Assembly (NCBI GenBank): GCA_963823885.1
Contig: CAWGNL010000101.1
Span: forward strand, 14,444 to 78,443
Direction of reading: 5' to 3'
Length of the DNA stretch: 64,000 bases
Source: an uncultured bacterium
GTDB taxonomy: Bacteria; Armatimonadota; UBA5829
Shown here: positions 40,641-50,003 of the stretch, piece after piece
Layout of the letters: the number at the start of each line of letters is the position of its first letter
Position numbering within the stretch: the stretch's first letter is position 1
Notes under the pieces: generated by a model
Told to the model about the DNA's origin: nothing
Database searches by the model: none
What the model saw: the letters and a program-made list of their open reading frames with translations, nothing else
Made by a program: the position numbers and the translations under genes

Positions 40641-42625
40641 AAATTTAGAAATTCGTGCTTACCGTTCCGGTACAATCCCTTTTCCCTAATAAACTCTTCA
40701 ACGCATTCCGGTATCAGATACCTTATCGACTTTCCGGACCGCACCCGCTCGCGCAATTCGGTCGACGAAATGTCCACCGCGGGCATCCGAAGCCTGACAA
40801 TTCGCCCGGCAAAGTCTTCGGGCACCGCCGGGAGCGCATCCGAACACGGCCTGCTTGCGGCGACTATGATTGCCATCTCCGCCAAAGCGTGAGGCTCGCG
40901 CCAGGACATAAGGTTCGCGGCCTCGTCCTCGCCCATCAATAGATAGACGCGAGTTCCCTCGCCATAATCCGCAATTATTTGCCTTACAGTATCTATTGTA
41001 TACGACACGCCGCCGCGGTCAAGCTCCAGCGTGGATGCCTCGAAGTGAGCGTTGCCTTCCACGGCCATACGGACCATCTCGTGGCGCAATCGAGCGTCGG
41101 CGATCGGCTGTCCCGACTTGTGGGGCGGGTCCGCCGCCGTCACGAAAATCACCCGTTCCAGGCCCAACTGCTCCCACGCCTGTTCGGCAAGTATCAGATG
41201 GCCATAGTGAATGGGGTCGAACGTGCCCCCCATCAATCCGATGCTTCGTGTGCGCCCGGGTGTTTCGGGATTTGAGGAGCGAGCACAGTCGTTTGGCATG
41301 CGGCGCAAACGTCGTATTCGCTCCGGAAATCCCGAAACAGTCACGCTGGGCTTTCGCACTTCCATTATCCCCTCGAGCTGCCCGCTGCCCGTAACCACGT
41401 ACTTGTAGGTAGTTATCTCTTCCAGCCCCATCGGCCCGCGAGCGTGGAGTTTCTGGGTCCTGATGCCCATCTCGGCTCCCTTACCAAATTCGTACCCATC
41501 GGTGAAGCGAGTCGACACATTCACGAACACCGCGGCGGCATCCACTTCCTTGCTAAAACGGACGGCCGCGCTGTAATCTTCGGTGACAATCGCCTCCGAG
41601 TGGCCGCTGCCGTATTTGGCGATGTGCGCTATCGCCTCCCCCACTCCGGAGACCACCTTGACCGCCAGGATCAGGTCCAGGTATTCGGTTTCCCAGTCTT
41701 CCTCGGTCGCCTCCGTCAGGCCCGGCACGATGGCGCGCGTTTTCTCGCAGCCGCGAATCTCGACACCGGCGTCGGCCAGGCGCTTACATATATTTGGAAG
41801 AAAGTCAGCGGCAATTTGTTCGCTCACCAGCAAAGTTTCCGCGGCATTACACACGCTGGGGTTCTGTACTTTCGCATTGAATGCGATCTCCCCGGCCATT
41901 CTCGGGTCCGCTTTAGTGTCGACGTAGACGTGACAGTTGCCGTCGCCGTGCTCGATTACCGGGATCGTCGAGTTCTCGACCACCGTCCGAATGAGGCCCT
42001 TGCCCCCGCGCGGGATCAGGCAGTCGATGTAGGCTTTCATATTCATGAGCTCGCGCGCCGCAGCGCGGTCGGTGGTCTCGATGATTTGCACCGCTCCTTC
42101 GGGCACGCCCGCGCACGAAGCAGCCTCGCGGATAAGCCGCGCGATCGCGAGGTTCGAGTTTATCGCCTCGGACCCGCCGCGCAATATGACCGCATTGCCG
42201 GCTTTCAGGCACAGCGCGGCGGCATCGGCGGTGACGTTGGGCCGGGACTCATAAATAATGCCGATCACACCGATCGGCACCCTGACCTTGCGGACTTCCA
42301 TCCCGTTGGGCCGGATATAGCCCTCGATGGTCTCGCCAACGGGATCGCGCAGGCCCGCTATCTGCCGCACGCCATCAGCCATCTGGGCGATCTTTTTATC
42401 GGTAAGCTCCAGGCGCTTTAGCATGGCCCCGCTCAGGCCGGCGGCTTGGGCCGCGGCGAGGTCCCTTTTATTAGCTTCAAAAATGGCGGCCTTATTCGCC
42501 TCGAATGCATCCGCCATCGCAAGCAGGGCTTTGTCCTTCACGCTGGTTCCCAGCACGGCCATCTCGCGCGCCGCGGCCTTCGCCTGCTTGCATTTGAGTT
42601 CTACTTCGCTCACTTCCGACTCCAC
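40592..42625 (-). CDS. proA: Single 677-codon ORF: gamma-glutamyl-phosphate reductase (ProA, ~41372-42625) read through a repeat-derived linker into nicotinate-nucleotide adenylyltransferase (NadD, ~40650-41251)
   Basis: ProA: ...IGIIYESRPNVTADAAALCLKAGNAVILRGGSEA...CNAAETLLV...TYKYVVTGSGQLE. NadD: IGLMGGTFDPIHYGHL...ISSTELRERV...IRYLIPECVEEFIREKGLY. The linker VTVSGFPERIRRLRRMPNDCARSSNPETPG is encoded by a palindromic repeat (41258-41345). The last ~20 codons also run into repeat DNA. Confidence 0.8.
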   Translation of the reverse strand: MESEVSEVELKCKQAKAAAREMAVLGTSVKDKALLAMADAFEANKAAIFEANKRDLAAAQAAGLSGAMLKRLELTDKKIAQMADGVRQIAGLRDPVGETIEGYIRPNGMEVRKVRVPIGVIGIIYESRPNVTADAAALCLKAGNAVILRGGSEAINSNLAIARLIREAASCAGVPEGAVQIIETTDRAAARELMNMKAYIDCLIPRGGKGLIRTVVENSTIPVIEHGDGNCHVYVDTKADPRMAGEIAFNAKVQNPSVCNAAETLLVSEQIAADFLPNICKRLADAGVEIRGCEKTRAIVPGLTEATEEDWETEYLDLILAVKVVSGVGEAIAHIAKYGSGHSEAIVTEDYSAAVRFSKEVDAAAVFVNVSTRFTDGYEFGKGAEMGIRTQKLHARGPMGLEEITTYKYVVTGSGQLEGIMEVRKPSVTVSGFPERIRRLRRMPNDCARSSNPETPGRTRSIGLMGGTFDPIHYGHLILAEQAWEQLGLERVIFVTAADPPHKSGQPIADARLRHEMVRMAVEGNAHFEASTLELDRGGVSYTIDTVRQIIADYGEGTRVYLLMGEDEAANLMSWREPHALAEMAIIVAASRPCSDALPAVPEDFAGRIVRLRMPAVDISSTELRERVRSGKSIRYLIPECVEEFIREKGLYRNGKHEFLNFGCLGVWVFRESCSRN

Positions 42626-42707
42626 AACGGCCCGTAGGGGTGGACCGCCGTGTCCGCCCTCAAAGGGCCAGCACCATTATACCGCAATTAGAGGTTAGAC
42701 GTAAGAG

Positions 42708-43026
42708 GTAAGAGACTACGCTTTTCCCCAGACTTCGCTGGGGAAAAGTGGCCACCTTACGGTGGCAGTTGACCAAGGCAGGCGGTCGGGTTTTTCGCTT
42801 TTCGGTTGTTAAGGGATGATTTGGAGGGGGCGGAGATTTCCACCCCCATCCCTTGAACAACACCTGAGTCGGCTCGGGAGAGCTCCCCAGCGTTGCCCTA
42901 CCCTCCGCCCAGGCAAAGCAGGTATAGCTCATCCGCCATCCCTTAACAACCATAAAGCGGAAAACCCAAAAGCGGTGCGCCGTCGAATCCGCCTTAGCGA
43001 CAACAAATTGTTTCTAGGAGGGCGCT
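42708..43026 (-). repeat. 317-bp highly structured non-coding element, copy 2 (inverted relative to copy 1)
   Basis: Near-identical reverse complement of 37453-37770. It lies in the proB-proA intergenic region. Confidence 0.75.
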
Positions 43027-43032
43027 AAGCGC

Positions 43033-44151
43033 CTAAACTCCCAGCACCATGTTATCCCTATGAATCACCTCGTCGTAATCCTTGCGCCCGAGAATCTTGG
43101 GTATTTCGCTCGACCGCTTTCCTCTGATAAGCTGGATTTCCGAGGCGGCATAATTCGTGAGGCCCCTGGCGATCCGGCATGAATCTTCATCGACCACCGA
43201 TACCAGGTCGCCCACGTCGAAGCCGCCCTCGCAGCCGGTGATTCCCGCCGCAAGCAGGCTCGTTCCCCTGCCGATAAGCGACTTCTTCGCGCCCTCGTTC
43301 ACCGTCACGCTGCCTTTCACCTGGCCGCCGAACGCCAGCCACCGCTTCCAGTGGCTCAGCCCGTTGAGGCTCGCAAGAAACAGCGTGCCGGCAGGCTTTC
43401 CCGCCACGACATCCACGATCACGTTGGGCCGCGCCGCGCCCGCTATCACCACGCGCACGCCGGAATTGACGGCGATCTTGGCGGCTTCGATCTTGCTCTT
43501 CATTCCACCGCTGCCGCTCGTGCCCACGCCGCCGGCAAGCGCTTCGATATCCGGGGTAATCGATTCCACCCGCTGGAGCAGCGCGCATGGACCGCCGAGC
43601 CTGGGGTCCGAATCGTACAAGCCGTCCACATCGGAGAGGTTCAACAGCACATCGGCGTCGACGCACGCGGCCACAAGCGCGGCCAGGGTGTCATTCTCTC
43701 CAAACTTGATCTCCTCGGTCGCCACGGTGTCGTTTTCGTTGACTATGGGCACCGTGCCGAACCGGAGCAGCGTGCGGAGGGTATTGCGGGCGTTTAGATA
43801 CCTTACGCGGTCGTTTACGTCGTCGCGGGTGAGGAGCACCTGCGCGGGGATAACTCCGTGCCGCGAAAACGCTTCCGCGTAAAGGCTCATCAGCGAACTC
43901 TGCCCGATGGCCGCGCTGGCCTGCAGATCGGGGATGTTTCGGGGACGCTTCGCTAGACCCAGCCGTTCCATTCCGGCCCTGATAGCGCCCGACGAAACCA
44001 GGATCACGCCCTTTCCCCGGTTCTTGACCTCGGCGAGCTGCCCCACCAGCCCCGCCACCTTCGCGCGGTCGAGTGCACCGGAGTCGCCCACGAGGCTGCT
44101 CGTGCCCACCTTGACGACTATTCGATTGACTGATCTGCTAGTATCCTTCAT
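43033..44151 (-). CDS. proB: Glutamate 5-kinase ProB (with PUA domain)
   Basis: MKDTSRSVNRIVVKVGTSSLV...SSGAI..G...VPIVNENDTVATEEIKFGENDTLAALVA... I place the start at ATG complement 44149-44151. The longer ORF-track N-terminus (to 44313) is translated palindromic repeat DNA. Confidence 0.88.
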   Translation of the reverse strand: MKDTSRSVNRIVVKVGTSSLVGDSGALDRAKVAGLVGQLAEVKNRGKGVILVSSGAIRAGMERLGLAKRPRNIPDLQASAAIGQSSLMSLYAEAFSRHGVIPAQVLLTRDDVNDRVRYLNARNTLRTLLRFGTVPIVNENDTVATEEIKFGENDTLAALVAACVDADVLLNLSDVDGLYDSDPRLGGPCALLQRVESITPDIEALAGGVGTSGSGGMKSKIEAAKIAVNSGVRVVIAGAARPNVIVDVVAGKPAGTLFLASLNGLSHWKRWLAFGGQVKGSVTVNEGAKKSLIGRGTSLLAAGITGCEGGFDVGDLVSVVDEDSCRIARGLTNYAASEIQLIRGKRSSEIPKILGRKDYDEVIHRDNMVLGV

Positions 44152-44441
44152 CAGAAAACTCGAACTCCATGCCGTGAATGCGAACGACGTCGCCGTGCTT
44201 ACCGGGTGTTTCGGGAATCTTGTTCCCGAAACTAAGTGCGTATCGGGAACAAGATTCCCGATACACCGGCAACTAAGTGCGTATCGGGAACAAGATTCCC
44301 GATACACCGGCAACGACGTCGCCGTGCTTAAGTGCGTATCGGGAACAAGATTCCCGATACACCGGCTTGACTGATCTGCTAGTATCCTTCATCAGAAAAC
44401 TCGAACTCCATGCCGTGAATGCGAACGACGTCGCCGTGCTT
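44126..44441. repeat. 75-bp perfect direct duplication of the obg-stop/proB-start junction, flanking a 166-bp insert of palindromic hairpins
   Basis: 44126-44200 and 44367-44441 are identical (TTGACTGATCTGCTAGTATCCTTCATCAGAAAACTCGAACTCCATGCCGTGAATGCGAACGACGTCGCCGTGCTT). The insert holds one GTTTCGGGAATCTTGTTCCCGAAAC hairpin and three TATCGGGAACAAGATTCCCGATAC hairpins. Confidence 0.9.
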
Positions 44442-45662
44442 TGCCCCTAAGTCACGCAGGCTCTTTATTACTCCCGTTCTCTCCAGTTGGCGATGCAGCC
44501 GGCGCAAGGCATATTCGTTATTCACATCGGTGCGCATTACCATGACCTCGACGGGCCGGCCCTCGACGACAAACTCCCCGTCGCCGGTCTTTCGCGCTTC
44601 CCACGAGTCCGGGGCCGGCTCGACCGTGAAGCGCACCGCTTTCTCCACGGCGACTTCCTCGCGGGGAAGCTCTTCGAGCAAAGCCGCGACCCTGTACAAA
44701 AGAGGCTGGATGCCATCGCCTGCCAGCGCCGATATTTCGAAGACTTCCAGCCCGCGGCCCTCGAGTTCGACCTCGAGCCGATCGGCGATCTCCCTGGCCC
44801 CAGGCACATCTATCTTGTTGAGCGCGACTATCTGGCCGAGACCGGAGAGCTTCTCGCTGTGGGCCCTGAGTTCGTCGTTAATGGCATCGAAATCGTGCAT
44901 CGGCTCGCGCCCGCTGTAGCCGGAAACGTCGATCAGGTGGACCAGCAGGCGCGTCCTCTCGATGTGGCGAAGGAACTGATGCCCCAGCCCGACGCCTTCG
45001 TGCGCCCCCTCGATAAGGCCGGGCATATCCGCCACCACAAACGAGCTATCCGCCACTTTCACCACGCCCAGGTTCGGCGCCAGGGTAGTAAACGGATAAT
45101 CCGCTATCTTGGGCTTGGCGGCTGAAATCTTGGATATGAGAGTCGATTTTCCAACGCTCGGGTAGCCGATGAGACCCACATCCGCCAGTAGTTTCAGTTC
45201 GAGGACCACTGTGACCTCGTCGATCGGCTCGCCCTTTTCGGCGAACTTGGGGGTCTGCAAAGTGGAGGTCGAAAAGCTCGCATTTCCTCTGCCGCCACCG
45301 CCGCCCTTCGAGGCGACATACTCCTGACCACCGGTTATGAGGTCAGCGGCGGGCTTTTCATCGCCGGCCACATAAACGATCGTGCCGACCGGAACGCGCA
45401 AAACCAGGTCCTCGCCGTTGCGCCCGTGCCTGTCGTTGGGGCCGCCATCCCCTCCCCGCTCGGCCTTATAGTGTTTCTGATAGCGCAAATCGACCAGGGT
45501 GCCAAGCTTGGCATCGGCGCGCAGGATCACACTGCCGCCCCGACCGCCGTCGCCGCCCGAAGGTCCCCCACGCGGCACGAACTTCTCGTGGCGAAAGGCA
45601 ACGATGCCATCGCCCCCGTTACCACCTTTCACGAAGATTTCAACCCGGTCTACAAATTGCAT
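44379..45662 (-). CDS. obg: GTPase Obg/CgtA
   Basis: 427 aa: MQFVDRVEIFVKGGNGGDGIVAFRHEKFVPRGGPSGGDGGRGGSV (Obg fold), G-domain GYPSVGKSTL...DMPGLIEGAHEG..LG, NKID, and an OCT-like C-terminus. Confidence 0.93.
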   Translation of the reverse strand: MQFVDRVEIFVKGGNGGDGIVAFRHEKFVPRGGPSGGDGGRGGSVILRADAKLGTLVDLRYQKHYKAERGGDGGPNDRHGRNGEDLVLRVPVGTIVYVAGDEKPAADLITGGQEYVASKGGGGGRGNASFSTSTLQTPKFAEKGEPIDEVTVVLELKLLADVGLIGYPSVGKSTLISKISAAKPKIADYPFTTLAPNLGVVKVADSSFVVADMPGLIEGAHEGVGLGHQFLRHIERTRLLVHLIDVSGYSGREPMHDFDAINDELRAHSEKLSGLGQIVALNKIDVPGAREIADRLEVELEGRGLEVFEISALAGDGIQPLLYRVAALLEELPREEVAVEKAVRFTVEPAPDSWEARKTGDGEFVVEGRPVEVMVMRTDVNNEYALRRLHRQLERTGVIKSLRDLGAKHGDVVRIHGMEFEFSDEGY

Positions 45663-46040
45663 ATTTTTACGATTGGAAATCTAATCGCGAAAACGCGAAA
45701 TAGTGCGTTTCGGGAAAAGGGTTTCCCGAAACAACAAACAACAAATGACGCTCCGTCTGCATATCCGGCGTACGTGCCACGCGTGCAGCGGGAACTCGAA
45801 GGACTTATGCCAGACGTTGCCTCGGATTGTCGTTCCCGCCGCATAGTGGGCGATTGTGCCCGATTCCAGCGATTCCCCCTCACCCCAGCCCTCTCCCATC
45901 CGGGAGAGGGAGCCCAAAGTGCCGAGTCCAGCGCCGCAATCCTGGACGCATCGTTGCGCCAGAACTCCCCTCGCCCTCACGGGAGAGGGGCCGGGGGTGA
46001 GGGTGGAACGCCGCAAATTGGAAACAGCGCGTTTCCCCGC

Positions 46041-46616
46041 TCACTCGGCCAGCCGGCTCATTACCCAGGCCACGTTCTCCGCGAATCGATCGACCGTTTC
46101 GAGTCCTTCCTTGTCGTTGGACACTTCTCCTGCCTCGCGGCCGAATGCGATGTTCCAGTACGACGACCCGGGCACGATCATATCGTTAATCAGGAACCAG
46201 TAAACAAGCTGGGCGAAGGTGAAGTTTTGTCCGGCTCGCCGCGCAACCGTTATCGCTCCGCCGACTTTCCGTGAGAAAAGGTTGCCGTTGGACCGCGAGG
46301 CATATCCCGCACGGTCCAGAAGCGCCATCATCTGCGGAGTGGCTGACCCGAAATAGACCGGCGAGCCGACGATGATCGCGTCAGCTTCTTTCAACGCGGA
46401 GAAGACGCTGTCGAAGTCATCGTCCTCGATCGCGCACTTGCTGTCCTGCCGCCGGCGACACTCGCCGCACGCGACGCACCCTTTGATGGTCTTGCCGGCC
46501 AGCGTGACGAACTCGGCCTCGATCCCTGCCGATTCGAGCTTCGCCAGAGCCCGCCGTATCAGAATTTCCGTGTTTCCACGACGCCTGGGACTTCCACAGA
46601 TACCAATTGCTTTCAT
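46041..46616 (-). CDS. NADPH-dependent FMN reductase / iron-sulfur flavoprotein-like protein
   Basis: 191 aa: MKAIGICGSPRRRGNTEILI..., Cys cluster CVACGECRRRQDSKC, and GSPVYFGSATPQMMALLDR, a flavodoxin-like fold. Confidence 0.75.
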   Translation of the reverse strand: MKAIGICGSPRRRGNTEILIRRALAKLESAGIEAEFVTLAGKTIKGCVACGECRRRQDSKCAIEDDDFDSVFSALKEADAIIVGSPVYFGSATPQMMALLDRAGYASRSNGNLFSRKVGGAITVARRAGQNFTFAQLVYWFLINDMIVPGSSYWNIAFGREAGEVSNDKEGLETVDRFAENVAWVMSRLAE

Positions 46617-46979
46617 TTCACGCCTCTTTGCAGGTTATACCTTGAAGTGCCGGCGACTGAGCGGCGGGGCCAAGACCAAGGATAATAGCATAACGGCAGC
46701 GCAATTCTTCATAGGTCCGTTCCGCCGATCCATTTGAGAGTCTTCAATAGGTTTCCCTCGCGAGGTCCACCCCTAAGATTACCGGGTTCTCCACTAATAA
46801 TACTATAGACAGAAAGTCATAAATTGGCAAAGTCGGAGAGCGCTTCCCATAAGTGCACGGTGACCTGGCGAATAAATTCGCGGCTACAGCGACACGAAGT
46901 CCCCCTTCGGGGACTACCTATGCGGCGGACCCTAATTTCGACTTTCGATCCTTTGGACCTTTGATTTTCGGAGCGCACT

Positions 46980-49295
46980 ATGGGTGATGGAAGCGATGAA
47001 CTCCTGGACATATTCCTGGCTGAATCGAGGGAGCATCTTGCCGATATAGAAACCGACCTGCTTGCCTTCTTCGTCCTATACGCCACCGACAAGTCCCCTT
47101 CGGAGATCACCGCATTCTTGGGAATCGACGAGGAGAAGATACTGCAGTTCACAAGCGACGAGGATGGCGAGCCTATAGATCCCCCGGTCGAGCCGGAAAC
47201 CGGCTGCGAGGCGCCTGCCGCCGAAGAGCCGCCGCAGCTCGAAAGTGAAGCGGCTCCCGAACTGGTCCGGGAGCAGGTCGAAACCCAGGAGCCATCCGCT
47301 GCGCCCCCAACGGCCCCCAAAGCCAATTCGGCGGTTCCGGCATCGTCGGAGACGAGCCTGCGGGTAAGCGTTCATCTGCTTGAATCGTTGATGAACCTGG
47401 CGGGCGAATTGGTCCTGAGCCGGAACCAACTTCTCGAGTCGATCTCTCAAGACGGACACCCGCCTCATCCACGCCAGCGGCCAGCGCATCGACATGGTGA
47501 CTTCCGAACTGCAGGAAATCGTCATGCTTACCCGAATGCAGCCTGTCGGCAATGTGGTGAACAAGTTCTCACGAGTGATCCGCGACATGGCCCGCGAGTT
47601 GGGCAAACAAATCGACCTTCGCGTCTCGGGCAAGGAAGTCGAGATGGACAAGACCATAATCGAAGGCCTGAGCAATCCTCTTACGCACCTGGTGCGCAAT
47701 GCGGTGGATCACGGTATAGAAGCGCCGGCCGACCGCGTCCGGCTGGGCAAGCCCTCCAGGGGAACGGTGGACATCAACTTTTGTCACAAGGCCGGTCAGG
47801 TAGTCATAGAAATCAAGGACGACGGCAATGGCATCGACGTCCGGAAAGTGACAAAGGCGGCACTGGCGATCATCCCCTCGCTATTGGTGTCGATAGAGGG
47901 CGACAAGTACACCATCCCGCAGGTCAACGTCAGAGAAATGATTTCCGTGGCGGCCGACCAGGTCAAGGAAAGAATTGAAGTCGTCGGCGACGCTGAGGCG
48001 CTCAAGGTGCGCGGCGAGTTGATCCCGATAATGCACCTTGCCAGTGTGCTTGGGATTCAGCGCACTTATGTCGGCGCCGACGGCGAGCGTTATCCGGAAA
48101 GGCGCCTGAGGCTTGCGGACCGCAGGTTGACCAGGGCGAAGCAGTCCGGCACGGGGATTTCCGGCGCGGCGTCAAAATCCGCGAGGCGCAGCAGCCCGAG
48201 GAGCGCTCTCAACACCGTCGTTGTGACCGTCGGAGCGCTGAAATACGCTCTGGTGGTCGAAGAACTGCACGAGACGGTGGAGATCGTTGTCAAACCTCTT
48301 GGAAGGCATCTGAAGGGTTCTCGCGAGTACACCGGCGCAACGATTTTGGGAGACGGGAAGGTGGCGCTGATCCTGGACATCGCCGGGATCGCCGAGAAGG
48401 CAGGCCTGGCGTCCATGGCCGCAAGCGCGCAAACACAAGAGCCGGTGGACGACGAGGCGGTGGCGGATTCGACCGAGGCGCATGCGTTCCTGCTGTTCCA
48501 CAACGGTCAGGACCACTGCGCGGTCCCGTTGGGCCTCGTGGCGCGGGTGGAGCGCGTGAAGGCCGCGCAAGTGCGGACACTGGCCGGGCGGCGCACAGTC
48601 CGGTACCGGGGAGGCAGTCTACCGCTTGTCGCCTTGAGCGACGCGGTCGGCGTCGAGGAGCTTGCAGGCGACGAGGACCCGGTCGTGATCATCTTCGAGG
48701 TGTCCGGTAACGAAATAGGCCTGCTCGCGACGGAGCCGGTCGATATAGTCGAGGCGGAGGTTGCAATCGACGAGTTGGCGCTCAGGCAGACCGGCATATT
48801 CTGGGTTCAGCAATCATCGAAGGTCGCACTACGTTGGTTGTGGATATCTTCGGCTTGGTCCGGGCGGCGCATCCTGAGTGGGTCGAGGCAGCCGCGCCGG
48901 CGCCTGCTTCAAGATCCTCGTCGGCTGTCAGCGTGCTATTGGCCGAGGACTCCGCCTTCTTCCGAAACCAGGTCAAGAAATTCCTGGAAGAGGCCGACTA
49001 TGAAGTTGTCGCCGCCGAAGACGGCCAGCGGGCATGGGATTATCTGAGGAAGAACCCGGACACGATCAAGCTCGTAGTAACCGACATCGAAATGCCCAAT
49101 CTGGACGGCCTCGGCCTCACACAAAACATCAAGTCCGACCCACGACTTTCACACCTGCCGGTGATCGCGCTGACGACGCTGGCTGATCCGGAAGACATGG
49201 CGCGTGGCAAAGCCGTTGGTGTCGACGATTATCAGATCAAGCTGGACAAGGATAAACTGCTGGCCGGCGCAAGAAAACTCTTGAAGGCCGCCTAG
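46980..49295 (+). pseudogene. cheA: CheA-like histidine kinase / CheW / receiver hybrid, degenerate (frame breaks ~47460 and ~48800; Hpt His and ATP-lid/G2 box missing)
   Basis: The dimerisation region is LRVSVHLLESLMNLAGELVLSRNQLL. N-box and G1 are present (NPLTHLVRNAVDHGIE...VVIEIKDDGNGID). The sequence then jumps to LAIIPSLLVSIEGDKYTIPQVNV (CheW-like) with no F/G2 boxes. The C-terminal receiver is SVLLAEDSAFF...VVTDIEMPNLDG...IALT...YQIKL (ORF 48834..49295). Confidence 0.6.
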
Positions 49296-49514
49296 CAAGC
49301 GAACGAGGGGACAGGCGAGCGCTTCTCTCCGCACCGAGACGACTTGTGCGGTGCGGAAAGTTCTGGGCTCCGCGCTCTCCGCTAAATGCTATTTTCTGAG
49401 GAATCAAGCATGAAGCTGTCGGCTTCACCACTATAGAGTGAAAGTGACAGCGTGTGCTCGCGGGTTGCAAACCCGGGGAACTGGGTCCGGCGTTCGGAAA
49501 GGCCGGACCATCGG

Positions 49515-50003
49515 CTAAGATTGAGCATCGCCGGCAAGAACAAGCAGGCCATCGCCTATTGCCGCAGCCAACTGCCGGTCGCGGTCGCCGAGAACAAGGC
49601 ACTGGATTCGCTGCGAAAACAGATGGTCAATGAAACCAAGGACGCCTATGATTACGGCAGCCACATTGTCGGAAACGCCACCCCGGTCAAGGATAGCAGC
49701 GGCAAGGTCATAGGCGCGATCGAAATAGTAACCGATCAGACCGCGCTGATGACCGTCATTAAGAATGCGGCTCAGACAGTCGACACTCTCGCGAGCGCCT
49801 CCACGGAGCTCTCCGCCATCTCGCAACAGATGACCACCGACTCCGGCGAAACCTCGGCCAAGTCCAACACGGTTGCCTCGGCGGCCGATGAAATGAGCGT
49901 CAATACCGTTTCGGTGGCCTCCGGAATGGAGCAGGCGACCGCCAACCTCAACACGGTGGCAACCGCCACGGAGGAGATGACGGCCACGATAGGTGAGATC
50001 GCT
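49515..50003 (+). pseudogene. Methyl-accepting chemotaxis protein remnant (no N-terminal sensor/TM; signalling domain cut off by repeat DNA)
   Basis: PAS-like ...ATPVKDSSGKVIGAIEIVTDQTAL, then MCP signalling-domain heptads ASTELSAISQQM...ASAADEMSVNTVSVASGMEQATANLNTVATATEEMTATIGEIA. This ends abruptly in a GAAAG-type repeat at 50004. Confidence 0.65.

Noticed and set aside
37445-43026. That the 4.9-kb segment between the inverted 317-bp copies has already been inverted or is a composite transposon
   Set aside because: Gene order and orientation (obg, proB, proA, nadD, LCP, rsfS, all on the minus strand) match the widely conserved obg-proB-proA-nadD-rsfS arrangement. No transposase is present. 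Only the potential for inversion remains, and this is noted in the findings.
44152-44313. 54-codon N-terminal extension of ProB in the ORF track (MPVYRESCSRYALSCRCIGNLVPDTHLVSGTRFPKHP...)
   Set aside because: It is a translation of the palindromic hairpin repeats; the same peptide strings recur in every repeat copy. The canonical ProB N-terminus, MKDTSRSVNRIVVKVGTSSL, starts at 44151.
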